A stretch of DNA of 63,997 nucleotides, the filler included, from Gonapodya sp. JEL0774 (lineage: Eukaryota): assembly GCA_027604505.1 (NCBI GenBank). It is 13 parts of 13 records of this genome, joined end to end, with 100 filler letters (N's around TTAATTAATTAA, not from the genome) between each part and the next. Parts side by side here need not be neighbours in the genome. Positions count along the whole stretch, not along the records: positions 19,898 to 24,757 come from JADIIX010000839.1; positions 24,858 to 29,715 come from JADIIX010000840.1; positions 29,816 to 34,673 come from JADIIX010000841.1; positions 34,774 to 39,624 come from JADIIX010000842.1; 9 more parts are not named here. One strand, 5' to 3'. Of the stretch, positions 23,226 through 35,668 are shown in pieces. Position 1 is the stretch's first letter, and each line of letters begins with the position of its first letter. The translations under genes were made by a program, and so were the position numbers. The notes beneath the pieces were generated by a model, which ran no database searches, was not told the DNA's origin, and saw only the letters and a list, made by a program, of their open reading frames with translations.

Positions 23226-24757
23226 ATGCCAATCCAAATAAAAATGAGAATTGATTCTACAATTTTCAAGTCATACGCTGATGGACCACTTACATCCAGC
23301 GCTTTCTGCACGGACTTTGGCTTACGTGATGGAATTAGAACCACAGTTCTGGTGCCGGACACGGATCCGGATCTCATGTTCTTCCCCAACAATGATGGGG
23401 TTTTTGAAGTTCCTCTCATGTCTGGCTACACTATTGTAGGAAAAACATCCTGCAAGGGGGCTGTTTGCAGTGGAACAGGCCTTGACTTGATCGAATGGAA
23501 CAGCCAACCCAGACAGGCACCAGGACTGGACAATGATTCATTCTCTGTTAGCTCAGGTGTGACTGACATGTCAGTGATCAGTGTGTTGCATGCAGAATTG
23601 GAAGTTCCCCAATCATTGTCTGCCACCCATCCAGGAATTGTCAGAAGCCCTGCTGATATTCTATTTTCACCTGAAGAGGAAGCAATTGTCCAGGAACACG
23701 TTCAAGAAAAGGCCGATCTTAGAAATCTACTTGTCTATAATGTTAACCCGCCAGATTGCGGGTAATGCAAAAAGCAAAAGAGAACCGATTTTCATAGAAA
23801 AGTATGTGGTTTTTCAATACCGATAGTTGAATCTTGCTAAATGCTCCTTTTAAGGGTCGCAAACATTTTCCTGTGATTGGAGGTGAATTACACTACCAGG
23901 ATGCAGACAGAGTCCTCGAACATTGCTTTGCAAGAATTGAGGAAGTATGAACAACCTATCCCCGTACACTCACTGAATACTCAAATTTGTCGAAGGCAGA
24001 TTAAAGAAGCAATCTACAAATGTCACTTTTCACCTGATAAAGGAAACCGTTCAGGTGTTAATCAGACGCTCTTCAAGATAGGTCAAAAAGGCTACACAAA
24101 GAGCTTGTGGAGTCTCACTGTCTCCATCATTTGGAGATGCCCTGTCTGTATTGTGGAGAAGCAGTGTCCATCTCCTGCACCTCTGATGCCAATACTTACT
24201 CATACCCCACATGACATGGTAAAGTGTCCCTTTTGTGTTCCAAAGCCAGGTGTACTGACTCAATTTTCCACTGTCTGTTATTAACTACACCAAGTTGGGT
24301 GCGTTCTGGGTTCTGTTTATGGTGTGCCACTTCAGCAAACTATTGTTTGGTAAGGCATTTAAGAATAAGATGATCAACTCAATTTTTTTTGTTCAGCTGT
24401 GCCCTCCTAAATGTTATTGACATATATACAGTCAGCATCAAATGTTGTTCAGTTCCTAACAGATGTATTTACTCAATTTGGGGCTCCCCTGGTCCTCCTC
24501 TCTGATAATGGTAGAGAGTTTATTGCTCAATCTGTGACTAAACTGCTGGAAAAATGGGGTGTTGATCCACGGAATGGAGCTCCTTACAAGCCCACTGACC
24601 AGTGATGCATTGAAAGGTTTAATGGCACAGGCAAAAGAAGGGACAAGAAACATCTGATGCAGTTGGGCCTAGATCTTGCTTTTCTGACATTAGATGCCAT
24701 CAATACTGTTATCACAAACATCACAAACACTATGAATCATGAGAAGTGTGCTGCTAC
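23226..24757 (+). mobile_element. Decayed Ginger/KRBA2-like DDE (rve) integrase/transposase with introns
   Basis: H2C2 remnant (KCHF...CPVC), PLMPIL, VCHFSK, FGAPLVLLSDNGREF and GAPYKPTDQ*CIERFNGT. In-frame TGA at 24603-24605. The first catalytic Asp reads Asn (VINYT, 24283). No RT/RNaseH is visible upstream. Confidence 0.85.
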
Positions 24758-24952
24758 NNNNNNNNNNNNNNNNNNNNNNNNNNNNNNNNNNNNNNNNNNN
24801 NTTAATTAATTAANNNNNNNNNNNNNNNNNNNNNNNNNNNNNNNNNNNNNNNNNNNNGGTTGCGACATATTTGAACTCATGTTTGATCCACTAGTAGTGG
24901 CGGGTACTGCAGGCGGTGAAACAATTTTGTGACCGATTTCAACGAAGCCGTG

Positions 24953-27900
24953 TTAGAATGACCTACTTGAAGAATTCTCCTTCGAGACTTTCGAGGTCAA
25001 GATTTCCCCAGAGTAAGATGGTCTCTGATGTGCCATCACAGCACTGGTCGCGCTTTCCGCCGAAGCCGGCAGCTCAACATCACGGTCACCGCTGAGTGTG
25101 CGATGCGAGACGACAGCAGTTGCCTGGCTATCGGGTTCTTGGTTTCCACTCGCATACGATTCATTCTTTGATTCTGTGGATTCACCAACATGGTTGCTGG
25201 GATTGTTGCTAGTGTTCAGTTCCCCTTCAACAAGCAGTACTGCTGACGAATTATTGTCAATTGGCAATCCTGTCGGCTCTCCATTGCTTTCTAGCCGTCC
25301 TTCTATGTCCCCAAGTGACTTCTGTTCGGAGCTCTGAATAAGAGGTTGGCTGAGAGGCGAGGACGGTTGTTTGTGACTACGGGCGGTTACAGCCACGATC
25401 GCGGTGCTAATGTCACTTGAAGCTTCGCTAACGCATTGACCGTAACTGTGGTCGTTCTCGTGCATAGTCGGCGGTTTTGCACCGCTGATAGTGATTTTGG
25501 AGTCCTCTCTGTTGACCACTCCTGGAGGTCCAACTCCACCAACCTCCTCGGAAATCTCGGGCACATCCTGCGCCTCCAGTCCCGACTCGCGTGAGCTTTC
25601 GATCCCAAGGCGCGGTGAATTGCCATCCCGATGACCGTCATCCAGATCTTGCATATCTGGCACTGTGACACCGACCCTACGTTCCGAGAGGAACTCAGGT
25701 TCCTCAACAGCTTTGTTTTCGACATTCCGTAGAGCAAAGTCTGCAGCCGTAACTTCGTCAGTACTTGCGGCAGACGCTTCATTCGCTCCGTCGATCTTCA
25801 TGCCAGTGCATGGGACGCACGAAGATCCGAGGTTTGCATCGCCGCCTTGATTTTCCAATAATCCCACGTCACTGTCATCGTCCACAACCCCACCATCCTC
25901 TACCATCGGCTCGTCATCTGATTCCGGTATGTCAGGCGGCAGGTCCTCATCAGCGAGGTCTATCACGGGTACAAACGTGTACCTTGATCTCTTCCTTCTG
26001 ACGTGATCAAAGTCCGGTCCGCCATCTGAATCCCAACTCTGTCCATCGTCCCCACTCTCGTCCACCAAGTGCTCTTGATCCATTTCACTGTCGCCGCGGT
26101 CTCGCTTCCTGTTGTTTGGAGTGGCGCTCGGAGCACATGAAAGAGTCCCTGGAATTCAACGTGGTCCGGTCAATATTATCCACCGTAATACCCTTCAAAA
26201 GAATATGGTTGCGTACCATCCGCCTTAAGTAAAATCATGTCGGCGTCGGGAAAGCGCTTGAGGGCATCAAACAGAACCGGGTCTACTCGGAGGCGCTACA
26301 AACACCGTTAGAAGGTATACTTGATCCGCGAGATGGATTTGACTGCGATCAGGACTTACCTGAACGGCTATATTCTTCGCACATCCGAATAGAGGACATC
26401 TCCAGTCTCTTGCGAACTCCGTGCTTCGTAGGAAATCAATCAAATGCTAAATCCCAGACGCGACAATATTTGGGATACCATCAGCGCGTAGAGCAAAGGT
26501 CCCCTCAATTACATCAAGATTGCCCACCTCGGCGTCAAATGCTGCCGAATGCTGACACTCGCATGATTTTACAGGGACCCGCATTCGAACCAGTGTCAGT
26601 GCGCACCTGAGAGACACTTTCTCGTCACCGGCCGCAAGGTCATCGGTCGGTATGAAAGCCAGGGACCGATTGCGAATTGCATGATCTAAAAGTTGGGGGA
26701 GGAGAGCAGTATATAACTGATGGGGAGTAACATTATGGCGGTATGGATTATCATGATGTCGCAAGGCGAGTCGTTTGGCTGAATGAAGAGGAGAATTTTC
26801 AGTTGAACGTTTTTATGCATCAAAATGCAACAGTCAGTGCGAATCTGTGGGTTGAGGGACATTTGTTCACTCACCTTCTACCAATTCTTTTGGCAAGTCG
26901 TTATACGTTTGCCTGTAGATAGACGAGATGACACGCTGTGCTTTCTTATCTTTCACCATTACGAGAGCAATATGGTTGGACTCTTGAAGGCTGAAATGCA
27001 CGGGTAGCAGGATTCTGCACGACCCTTCAGCCTCGCTCCGAAGCACAACGTCGCACTCACAGCTCTCTTTCAACCCTCACACCACCTTCCCAATCATCCG
27101 CGGTTCCAATGACTACCCAACTTTCTCTACCCTGTGTTTTCCACGGGAGGAATTTGTCAAACTCGCCATCGAGTGTGTGAATAGAAATATCCCGAGGAAA
27201 CTGGTATCTGCTGAAGACTTCGTCCTTCCTAGAGGGCAATACAGCCAGACTGAGGTTAATTGCGATTACAGGGACTGGAAGCAGAAGATGTACCCTTGAG
27301 AAAGACGCAGAAATGCGAGAGCTAACTTTGATGTGCCTTCATCATTCTGGGAGAGATCAGCCAAATCCGGGGGAGTTCGTAGAGTGACAGTTCGACTGCT
27401 ATTTAACTGTGGAAAAACAACGGCGTTATGATCGTTGGTGACTGAGGACTCCCCATTCTCTTCATGGACACTTACAATCTGCTGCACACTCAAGACCTCC
27501 ACATCCCACACCCACCGAGCCGCGGTTGACAATGCTTTGAGAACTCGGCCCTTAGTGACCTCAATGTTCTCTGGCGGGGGGTCTGGAGCAAGCTCGACAG
27601 TGTCGTTAAGTCGCTAGTAGTTTCGATTTATAGAATAAGTACATAAAGGCAGACTGTTTTAACGATGACTACACCATGAAACGAGAAGTACGCACACGAA
27701 TGTAATCAACTTTGTTTCCCTCGAGTCGGATCCTCTGTCCCCGATTCTCGCGTAACCATCGAATGATCTTCCTGAGCTCCGCGACAGTGAATCCACTAAA
27801 ACCCAAGGATATGTCGCATTTGACTAGGCCTGTGACGGATGCATTATTCGAATTTCAGATTGGAACGAAATGCACAAGTCTTGAGCTGCTCTCACCTCGT

Positions 27901-27968
27901 GTCTTTCCGAGGAGCTGCGCGACAGCCCCGACATCGTCTTGGGAGAGCTGCAATTTCGTGCTTTGCAT
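24953..27968 (-). CDS. SIZ1: SIZ1/PIAS-type SUMO E3 ligase (SAP, SP-RING, SIM, acidic tail), multi-exon
   Basis: SAP-like FTVAELRKIIRWLRENRGQRIRLEGNKVDYI. SP-RING VSLRCALTLVRMRVPVKSCECQHSAAFDA...WRCPLFGC...LRVDPVL. SIM VPVIDLADED lies in the last large exon. Confidence 0.82.
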
Positions 27969-28320
27969 GTCGTTGCTCAATCCTCGTGGGGATGTCGTCT
28001 GCGAAATGGTGGTAAATATGTATAGTTTGGAGCTTGTCAACACCTTATCAATGACACCAGCTCGAGCGTAGTACAACACGGTGTTAGGACTCCCTTTTTG
28101 AAATTTTCTGCAGGAAGAGACTAGACAAAAGTGATATATATACCTACTACAAGAGCTCATGAATAACCGCTTTGACGGGTCATTTGGAGGGCGGGGGCAC
28201 TCTATTCCCTCGGATCGCGGAGCAATGTACCAAATCCAAAAGTCATGATACTCCCCTTGGCGGCCGCAAACAGGTGTTAACCAGCTCTTTCAGTGAAAAC
28301 CAATTGTCATGATCATCCAA

Positions 28321-29706
28321 TCACCTTGTCATTGGACGCTTCCACACCGTCACAGCACATGTCCCGTCCCACCCTTTCAATTCCTCTGGCCAGCTCGCCG
28401 TCCTCGTTTGCTGACGCCATACATTCCTCACATCGTTTGAGAAACTGCTGTTCGCCAAGTCCCGAACGATCTGATCGAGGTCGAACCTGCAGCCGGGTGG
28501 AAATGCCTCAAAAATAACCCTCAGAAATGTCCGTATCGCCGAGAGTGCCACGGTCAAATCTGCACACGGTGAACCACGGCTCAGAGTACTAAGAGGGGTG
28601 CGGATAGCCACGCATGTCACGCCAGGCAAGGCTTTCGCCAATGAGGTAGCGAATTCGGCCATCAAGGAAGTCGATAGAGCTTTGTCACTCGGTATGGCAA
28701 TGGTAGGAGCTTGAAAAGTGATACGGAACTTGCGTATCCCGGGTAATGAGACACGGGCGAGTTCGTCCACATTCAGAATCTTTTGACTGCTGAACTTGGT
28801 CCTTCCAACCTCGAAGTGACGCCTTTGAACCGCGAGTACGCCCAGCTCCTGGAGATAAGGATATACCGACGATGCAGAAAAGAACGTAAGCAGAGGTTTG
28901 GGTCCTTCCAGCCACGGTAGGATCAGCAATGATCGAACTCCATCCCGCCACGACAGCGGAAACATCTCTCGTGCGTGACGCTCAGCCATTTCAAGCCCAC
29001 AAACGAGTGGAAAGAACGATCGTCCGACAAGGGTCGTCGCATGGGGGAAGAGCACAGGAAAACGTTGACACATGGATGCATCCAGGGCATAGAAACTCAA
29101 ATAGGAGACTGTTTCCAGAGAAAGATTCGGACGATGTGGATCAATCCACCAAGGAAATACATCACTCCGGCGGTCATGCACTTCTGGCACTTGGTATCTG
29201 TTCGCGAAGGAACGCAAATGACGACCTAACGTCGGCTCGTCCTGAAATGATGAGCAGCGAGGGTGCCTTGCGATAGACACTGGCGCGAGCATTGTGCGAT
29301 TACGTCGTTCCGGTTTCGCAATGTTTGGATGTGTGGTGCTTAAAATACTCCAGCATGTAGTGTCGAACTCATTTTCCAGGGCACCCGCGAGAACCTGCCG
29401 GGGCGAGACTGTGACGAAGACTGAACGGGAGGTCCATACTGTGCTCCCTGAACTTGTCGTTAATCCCTGAAAGTCGTGCAGATCTTCGATAGGTGGAGGT
29501 ATCACGTTGTTGTAGTGCGTAGATTGGTCGCCAACAATAAGCTGGATAGCGATGGCCACGGTGTCGCCAGGACAGCCTGGAATAGCACCTAGTGTATCGA
29601 TACGAAAACGTCGGGAAACAAGTGGGATAATGCGGTAGAAGGTGGTGGGTGGGAGGAAGCGGAATACTCTGTGGAGGAGTTCGGGAGGGAGGGAGTGGAT
29701 TTCCAT
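28321..29706 (-). CDS. F-box domain protein, intronless, 461 aa
   Basis: N-terminal IHSLPPELLHRVFRFLP...LVSRRFR. Confidence 0.8.
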   Translation of the reverse strand: MEIHSLPPELLHRVFRFLPPTTFYRIIPLVSRRFRIDTLGAIPGCPGDTVAIAIQLIVGDQSTHYNNVIPPPIEDLHDFQGLTTSSGSTVWTSRSVFVTVSPRQVLAGALENEFDTTCWSILSTTHPNIAKPERRNRTMLAPVSIARHPRCSSFQDEPTLGRHLRSFANRYQVPEVHDRRSDVFPWWIDPHRPNLSLETVSYLSFYALDASMCQRFPVLFPHATTLVGRSFFPLVCGLEMAERHAREMFPLSWRDGVRSLLILPWLEGPKPLLTFFSASSVYPYLQELGVLAVQRRHFEVGRTKFSSQKILNVDELARVSLPGIRKFRITFQAPTIAIPSDKALSTSLMAEFATSLAKALPGVTCVAIRTPLSTLSRGSPCADLTVALSAIRTFLRVIFEAFPPGCRFDLDQIVRDLANSSFSNDVRNVWRQQTRTASWPEELKGWDGTCAVTVWKRPMTR

Positions 29707-31070
29707 GTTGGTCGANNNNNNNNNNNNNNNNNNNNNNNNNNNNNNNNNNNNNNNNNNNNTTAATTAATTAANNNNNNNNNNNNNNNNNNNNNNNNNNNNN
29801 NNNNNNNNNNNNNNNTCAACCTCCAGCCTTCTCTTCCCTGTTTGCCCTCTATGCCGTCGCTCCCTTTCCGTCCGCCGCAGCTGTTGCTGCAGTAGGAGCG
29901 TCCCCTCTATTACTTGGGTTGGCAAAAGCTGTGGGGGGAACAGCGTTCGGTTACAAAGCTGCCAGTGGGATTAGGCATATCGTGAGTTGAGTTCGTGGAG
30001 CAAGCTTGCTCCTTGTTGTGGGTTCTGACGGTGCTGTGGAGGAATGTCATGGACAACACTCAGCATAGCCCCAAGGGTCCCAAATTGTTTCGGCGCCATT
30101 CCCTATCACGGAACTTGACTCACACACCCAAAATACTTTCCGCATTCGCACTCACCCACAATCTTTGCCGTCTCCGCAGTACTGGGACTACAACCCCAAA
30201 TCCGTCACGAACGAATTCGGCGAGAAGAGTGCGTACGTCCTGTGGGGTTTCGCCGCTCTTACAGGTGTGGGGCTGTTGTTGGTTTAAGTGTATCGCAAGA
30301 AGGGCGGCAAAGTGGAGTAGCTTAATTCTTCGCTTGGATGTATTCGCCAGATGGTTAGGGGGATGACATAGAGTTATTTGGGAGAGATCGCCCCCGCAGA
30401 TAGACGAGACCTTTGTGCGAAGGTGGAGATGATTCAAAATTCCATGCCTGGCGGTTGCGAGTGGTTCTAATTGGCACGGGAAGCACCGTGCACGTGGCCT
30501 CAACACAGCCAATCAAAGCCAGAAAGGTCAACGTTTCAGGACGCCTGCACACGAATACTCCCGACTCTTCGTGGCGAATTTGCCTCCTCCTCTCGTCGTG
30601 AGCGTGTTTTCTCAGATTAGAGACAGGAGTTGCCAAAGCATAATTCATGTATGGAATCATCTAACTGGAGAGCGCAGGTAACAGAAGCGGAAAGGCTTTG
30701 TAATGCTGCCACTCCCTTCCGATTTGAAATACGTCCACGAAAGGGTTTTCCAGCTCTTGCATCGAGTTGGGAGACAAAGAGTGGGAGGCGAATCATACCT
30801 GTGCCTTGCAGACAGCCCATGAGGACTCATGTTCGAGGTATTCACCTTGGGTCGATATAGAGATTGGTTTGAATGACTGAATTTATTCATGCGGAGAAGG
30901 CAGCCTTCCAGTATCCCGCCATTTCCGCGATTGTCGCGAGCGGTTTCAGGTATCCTAAAAACAACAGCGCCTCTTACAATATTCTGAGGGCCGGACAACA
31001 CAACAACCAGCAATCGCCGTTAATCCACCCCACAGCGAGCCCTCCTTTTCCATTCCGTCAGCGCCGATTG

Positions 31071-31910
31071 ATGACTGAAACAAGCAAAACCCTCTTCAGG
31101 GTCGAAGCCATCCCCGAATCCGCTCCTCAACTACCATCGGACATCCAAGAACCATCGTCAAACCGGGAAGAGTACAGGCCGAAAACACGGACAGGGATGC
31201 TGGCGTACAAGAAGATAGAAAAGGGATACAAAGCATTTGCGGGCGGTGGCGATCTGACAGGTCAGTGGTTGTTGTCCCAATGATTCATTCCATGACTCTA
31301 TGAATGCACCATCATTGCCTTGTGTATTCAGACCTTTGGGAAAGCTATGCAGATGGCTCTGTGACGTACTTCGCAGGGAACATGAAAAAGTCAGTGCTCC
31401 AACTGCCCTTCGCTTCTTGTTTTGACTTCCCTTTGTTCGTTCATTCTGCTCCCACAGTCTGAATAGATATCCACGTCCATCAAAGGAGTTTTGGGCTGTG
31501 TTCTTTACACTGGCGAAGTATGGACTAAAGGTAATGCCCTCACTGCCGGCCTCCGTAATTTTTTTGGTACTAACAGCCTGTGAATTCTTTTCTTCGCCGT
31601 CCACTTCCCGCCGATTTCTTTGTCGAATTTTGATGGCTCACAGGAAATTGTAAGCAACTCGATTATCGATCTTCTCGTCTGGGATAATGGGTACGCTTTC
31701 GCCACATTCAACAATTCCTACACCACCTACTCCGGCACAACGTGGACCGGAAACTCCTTGAATCGGATGAAGTACGACGATAAGGGACAGATATACGATC
31801 AGGCGTTTTATTACGAGGATCTGAGAGGGATCGATAAGATCACGGAAGAGCTCTTCGAGTTACAAGAGGTCAAGGACGAGTTGTGGGAGATGTTTGGGAG
31901 GCGATTCTGA
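31071..31910 (+). CDS. Uncharacterised protein, possibly NTF2/SnoaL-like fold; tandem paralog 1, four exons
   Basis: Exons are colinear with paralog 2 (FRVEAIPESAP, KGYKAFAGGGDLT, EIVSNSIIDLLVWD, LWEMFGRRF*), while the introns have diverged. Confidence 0.75.
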
Positions 31911-32706
31911 CTCTCGGATTCCGATGGCAAGTCCAAAAAAGGAGGAGAGGGAGGAGCAGCGGGGAAATTTCTCGTATAACCCTAGAACTTCAGATTTTGG
32001 CCCCACTCGGTGATTCTCACGTACTCATACCGTTGGACAAGGTTTCTGTATAATTCAATCTTGCATTAGTCATGTGCTCACGGCATTGAATATCACTATT
32101 AATCCTCATTCATTCCATGCCTTTTTCGCTCCACTGCCTTTGTCGCGCCCCCCCGTCATCACATTTACTCATTTCTACAATTCTACTCGCGAGATGACTC
32201 TGCGAACTCGGTCAATCTGATTACTCGTGAAATCCGCGCATCTGGATTCGCTTGGAAGGGCACCCAATGTGTATTAAATAACCCCGGTAGTGAAAGCATG
32301 GGAGCATTGTGCGCAATCCGACGGGCCAATTGTGGACAAAAACAGAAGTGAGTCGTGATCTATTTGATTCTGACCTAGGAATTACTTCTTTTGAGGTCCC
32401 TTGTTTAGTTCGGCACTGGGAGACATATCTTCGACAGGGACGGGCTGTTTGGACGTACCTGGGGACTATTGCGATGAAGCCTTCGAGAAAGGTACGTATT
32501 CAAAACGAAGTGCATTTTGGGACCTGCCAAGACATCCGACAAGTCGTAGGTCCGGAAGTGCCATTTGAAGTGGGCAATTACGGAACTGGGGACCTACAGT
32601 AAACAAAGACGAAAATCCACCAACGACAATCCGAGGGTCCGCCGAAAGGCACTGATCACCATATCCATCAGACTATACCCAGCCATCACTTCTGCATGGC
32701 CGTCAA

Positions 32707-33547
32707 ATGACCGAAAAAGCCAAGCCCGTGTTCCGCATCGAAGCCATCCCCGAGTCCGCTCCTCACCTTCCAGACGAGATCCACAAGCCTTCGTCATCCA
32801 GAGAAGAGTACAAACCCAAGACATGGACAGGCATGCTGGCGTATGAGCGAATACAAAAGGGATACAAAGCGTTCGCGGGGGGCGGGGATCTGACCGGTCA
32901 GTGGTTCAGCCATTTGATGGACAGCTTTTGGGATGTGCCGCTTGCGAACACACCAGTACTTTTTCCGAGCGCAGACCTTTGGGAGAGCTATACAGAAGGC
33001 TCTGTGACATACTTCGCGGGAAACATGCCAAAGTGAGTATTGATGGCGGCGATTCTTACTTTTAGTACCGCAGGTATTTCACCATCATCAGTCAGCCTCA
33101 ATAGATACCCACGCCCCACGAAGGAGTTTTGGCCAGTGTTCTTTACACTTGCAAAACACGGACTCAAGGTACTTCTACCTGTTTCCACGGTGTTTGATGA
33201 CTCTGTTGGAGGCCAGCGACTGTGCAGTAACATCGTGTATCCCACTCAATCCATTCTACTGTGGTATCACCGGGTTGCAGGAAATCGTCAGCAACTCGAT
33301 TATCGATCTCCTTGTGTGGGACAGCGGGTACGCATTCGCGACAAGCAACAACAGCTACACCACGCACTCTGGGACCTCGTGGTCTGGGAACTCACTGAAC
33401 CGGATGAAGTACGACGAGAGCGGGCGCATTTACGACCAGGCATTTTTCTATGAGGATCTCAAGGGAATTGACAAGATTGTGGGCGAGCTCTTCGAGTTGC
33501 AAGACGTGAAGGATGATCTTTGGGAGATGTTTGGACGACGGTTTTGA
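32707..33547 (+). CDS. Uncharacterised protein, possibly NTF2/SnoaL-like fold; tandem paralog 2, four exons
   Basis: Same exon structure and highly similar protein to 31071-31910. Confidence 0.75.
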
Positions 33548-33972
33548 GCCCATTGGCAGTCACCATGTCAAGGATTGTGGCAAGCTTTTCACTTCCGTTT
33601 TCAGTCTCTCGTACATATTTGGTATCGTGAAAGGTTCAATATGGGGATGAAAGAGATTCGAACATGCACATGAAGTGGCGGTTGAGGCAGTCATTGTATC
33701 CGAAGTCACGCTCTCGAAGAGGAATCGATAGGGTTGATTGAGATGCTTACTGTGAATGATCTTTACATACGACGGATGCCAGGATAGTCTTCAACGGGCA
33801 CGTGGTTGCCAAAAAGTCGAACCGAGTTAAATACGAACAACAGCATCATTTATAATAATTCTTTAGCAAGACGTTCCTTGTAAATCATAATGTGTTTCGA
33901 TTGCCAAGTTCGTTGTCAAGTGCACAGGACGTCTTCGATTTTCATCCAAACCTGAGCACACTTTCGAGAACC

Positions 33973-34673
33973 ATGAATCCGTCGAACCCTCCAACACATC
34001 CACCGCCGAAGCCTCATACCCCATCACGGCGACGGGATGGGAACCGGACCGGGGTTCTTGTTGGGTCTGCGCCACTCGGTGCTCGCCAATATCCGAACCC
34101 GCACCCGACACATTCGGCGACCCAGAGTGCGAGCATAAAACCGAATTCAGTAAACTCAGGCTCCACGTTGAGCACGCGTTCTGGACGCTCTTATGGACAG
34201 ATACACGGACAGGGATTGCGGCAGCAGCCGTACGGGGTCGGTGGTGGGAGGGAGAGGCAGGGGGAGGGGGAGACACCGCGGCATGGACACAGAAACAGAG
34301 CACAGGGAGTGGCACAGCACAGACAGTCTGCGGCCGCAGCGGCACCGGCGGGGGTGACGTCAACTGCGCACTCGCCCGACTCGACACTCCGCCAGAGCTC
34401 GGGTCACTCTCACGTCCCAGTGACGTCATCTCCCGACTTCCCCTCGCTCGCTGACATATTCAGACATGCTCTGCCACAATCCAATCCCCCTTTGCCCTGG
34501 CCGTCGCCACCTCCAGAATCGCCATTCTCTCCTTCCCACTCACTTTCTCATGTCCCGCACGCTCCCACTCCGGCAATTCTCCCCTTTGGTCCTGATGCCG
34601 TGCAAATCCATCCGATACCTGGAGCATCGGGCACAGTCTGGGGTGCCCGGTCCAACGCCGAATCTGTCCGCTC
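33973..34673 (+). CDS. Hypothetical Pro/Ser-rich protein N-terminus, 3'-partial
   Basis: Open frame to the contig end, low complexity. Confidence 0.4.
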
Positions 34674-35668
34674 NNNNNNNNNNNNNNNNNNNNNNNNNNN
34701 NNNNNNNNNNNNNNNNNTTAATTAATTAANNNNNNNNNNNNNNNNNNNNNNNNNNNNNNNNNNNNNNNNNNNNAGTCTCACAATGTGTGACCAATCAGGG
34801 GCTCGCCACCCGGGGCAACTGGAATATCATCACGCTTGGGTGAAAAGATAACGGTGTCGGGCCTGAGTGTAGTCGGAAGCAAAATTCAGACCTTGGTGAC
34901 AAAGTCATGTCATCAACGTCAACGGAACCGTACTCACCATTTGAGTCTCGCCAATACAAAGAGAGCGAATAGCAAGCCAATGATCGGGACTACTCCGACC
35001 TCCAGAAAAGCCATGGTTGAGTGCGGGAGCAGCTGAAGGTAAATCGGGATCGAAAGATGCCGAGTGAACTCTCGTCTTCACTGAGAAAGGTTTCACAAGT
35101 TTTTACTTCAACAGGTTCTTGAGTCGGTCAATGTTGTGCTCTGATTCGGTGCAACGTACCGGTGTCTGAGTGGTTTGACTTGGGAGACGTGTTCGGGCGG
35201 GGAACAAGAAGACTCGGCTGGACCCCAACGAGCCGATGGTTTTTCCGTTCCACGCTCACAAGGAAATGCCACATTTATCCGAACATTCTCCGTTCATATT
35301 TATTTTACTTTGATTTGACAGTGATTTGTGGAGACGGCAGACAAACAGGGAGCGCGCAAAACGTAGCCATTCTGCCCAGGGACAGTTGTCATGAGATGTG
35401 TTTGTGAATTAAAGCGCACTCGATTGAGAGCTCACCAGGATGCGAGAAATCAGTTGTATTTCACCCAAGAATGAAGTTTGCGGGGAACAGATCACGGTGT
35501 GTCGTTCAAGAAGGAAGTTCCCACCATCACAGCCGCGAAGTCCCAATCCCATTGCATCCTCGTGAAATCGAGTACAGTGTTAGCCTCCATCAGCTTTTGT
35601 CGTCGGCTCGCGAGTCGAAGCCGTCACTCGCGAGAAGATCAGCGGTCACGTACTCTAATACATTGTCG

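Noticed and set aside
23226..24757. Integrase as part of an LTR retrotransposon or Polinton
   Set aside because: No RT, RNaseH, gag, polB or capsid is visible in the contig and introns are present. The contig is truncated, so this is not fully excluded.
26530..26620. Missing Cys in SP-RING (CQHSAAFD)
   Set aside because: To my recollection that Cys is not a zinc ligand in Siz1-type SP-RINGs, and the C-x-H and downstream Cys pair are retained.
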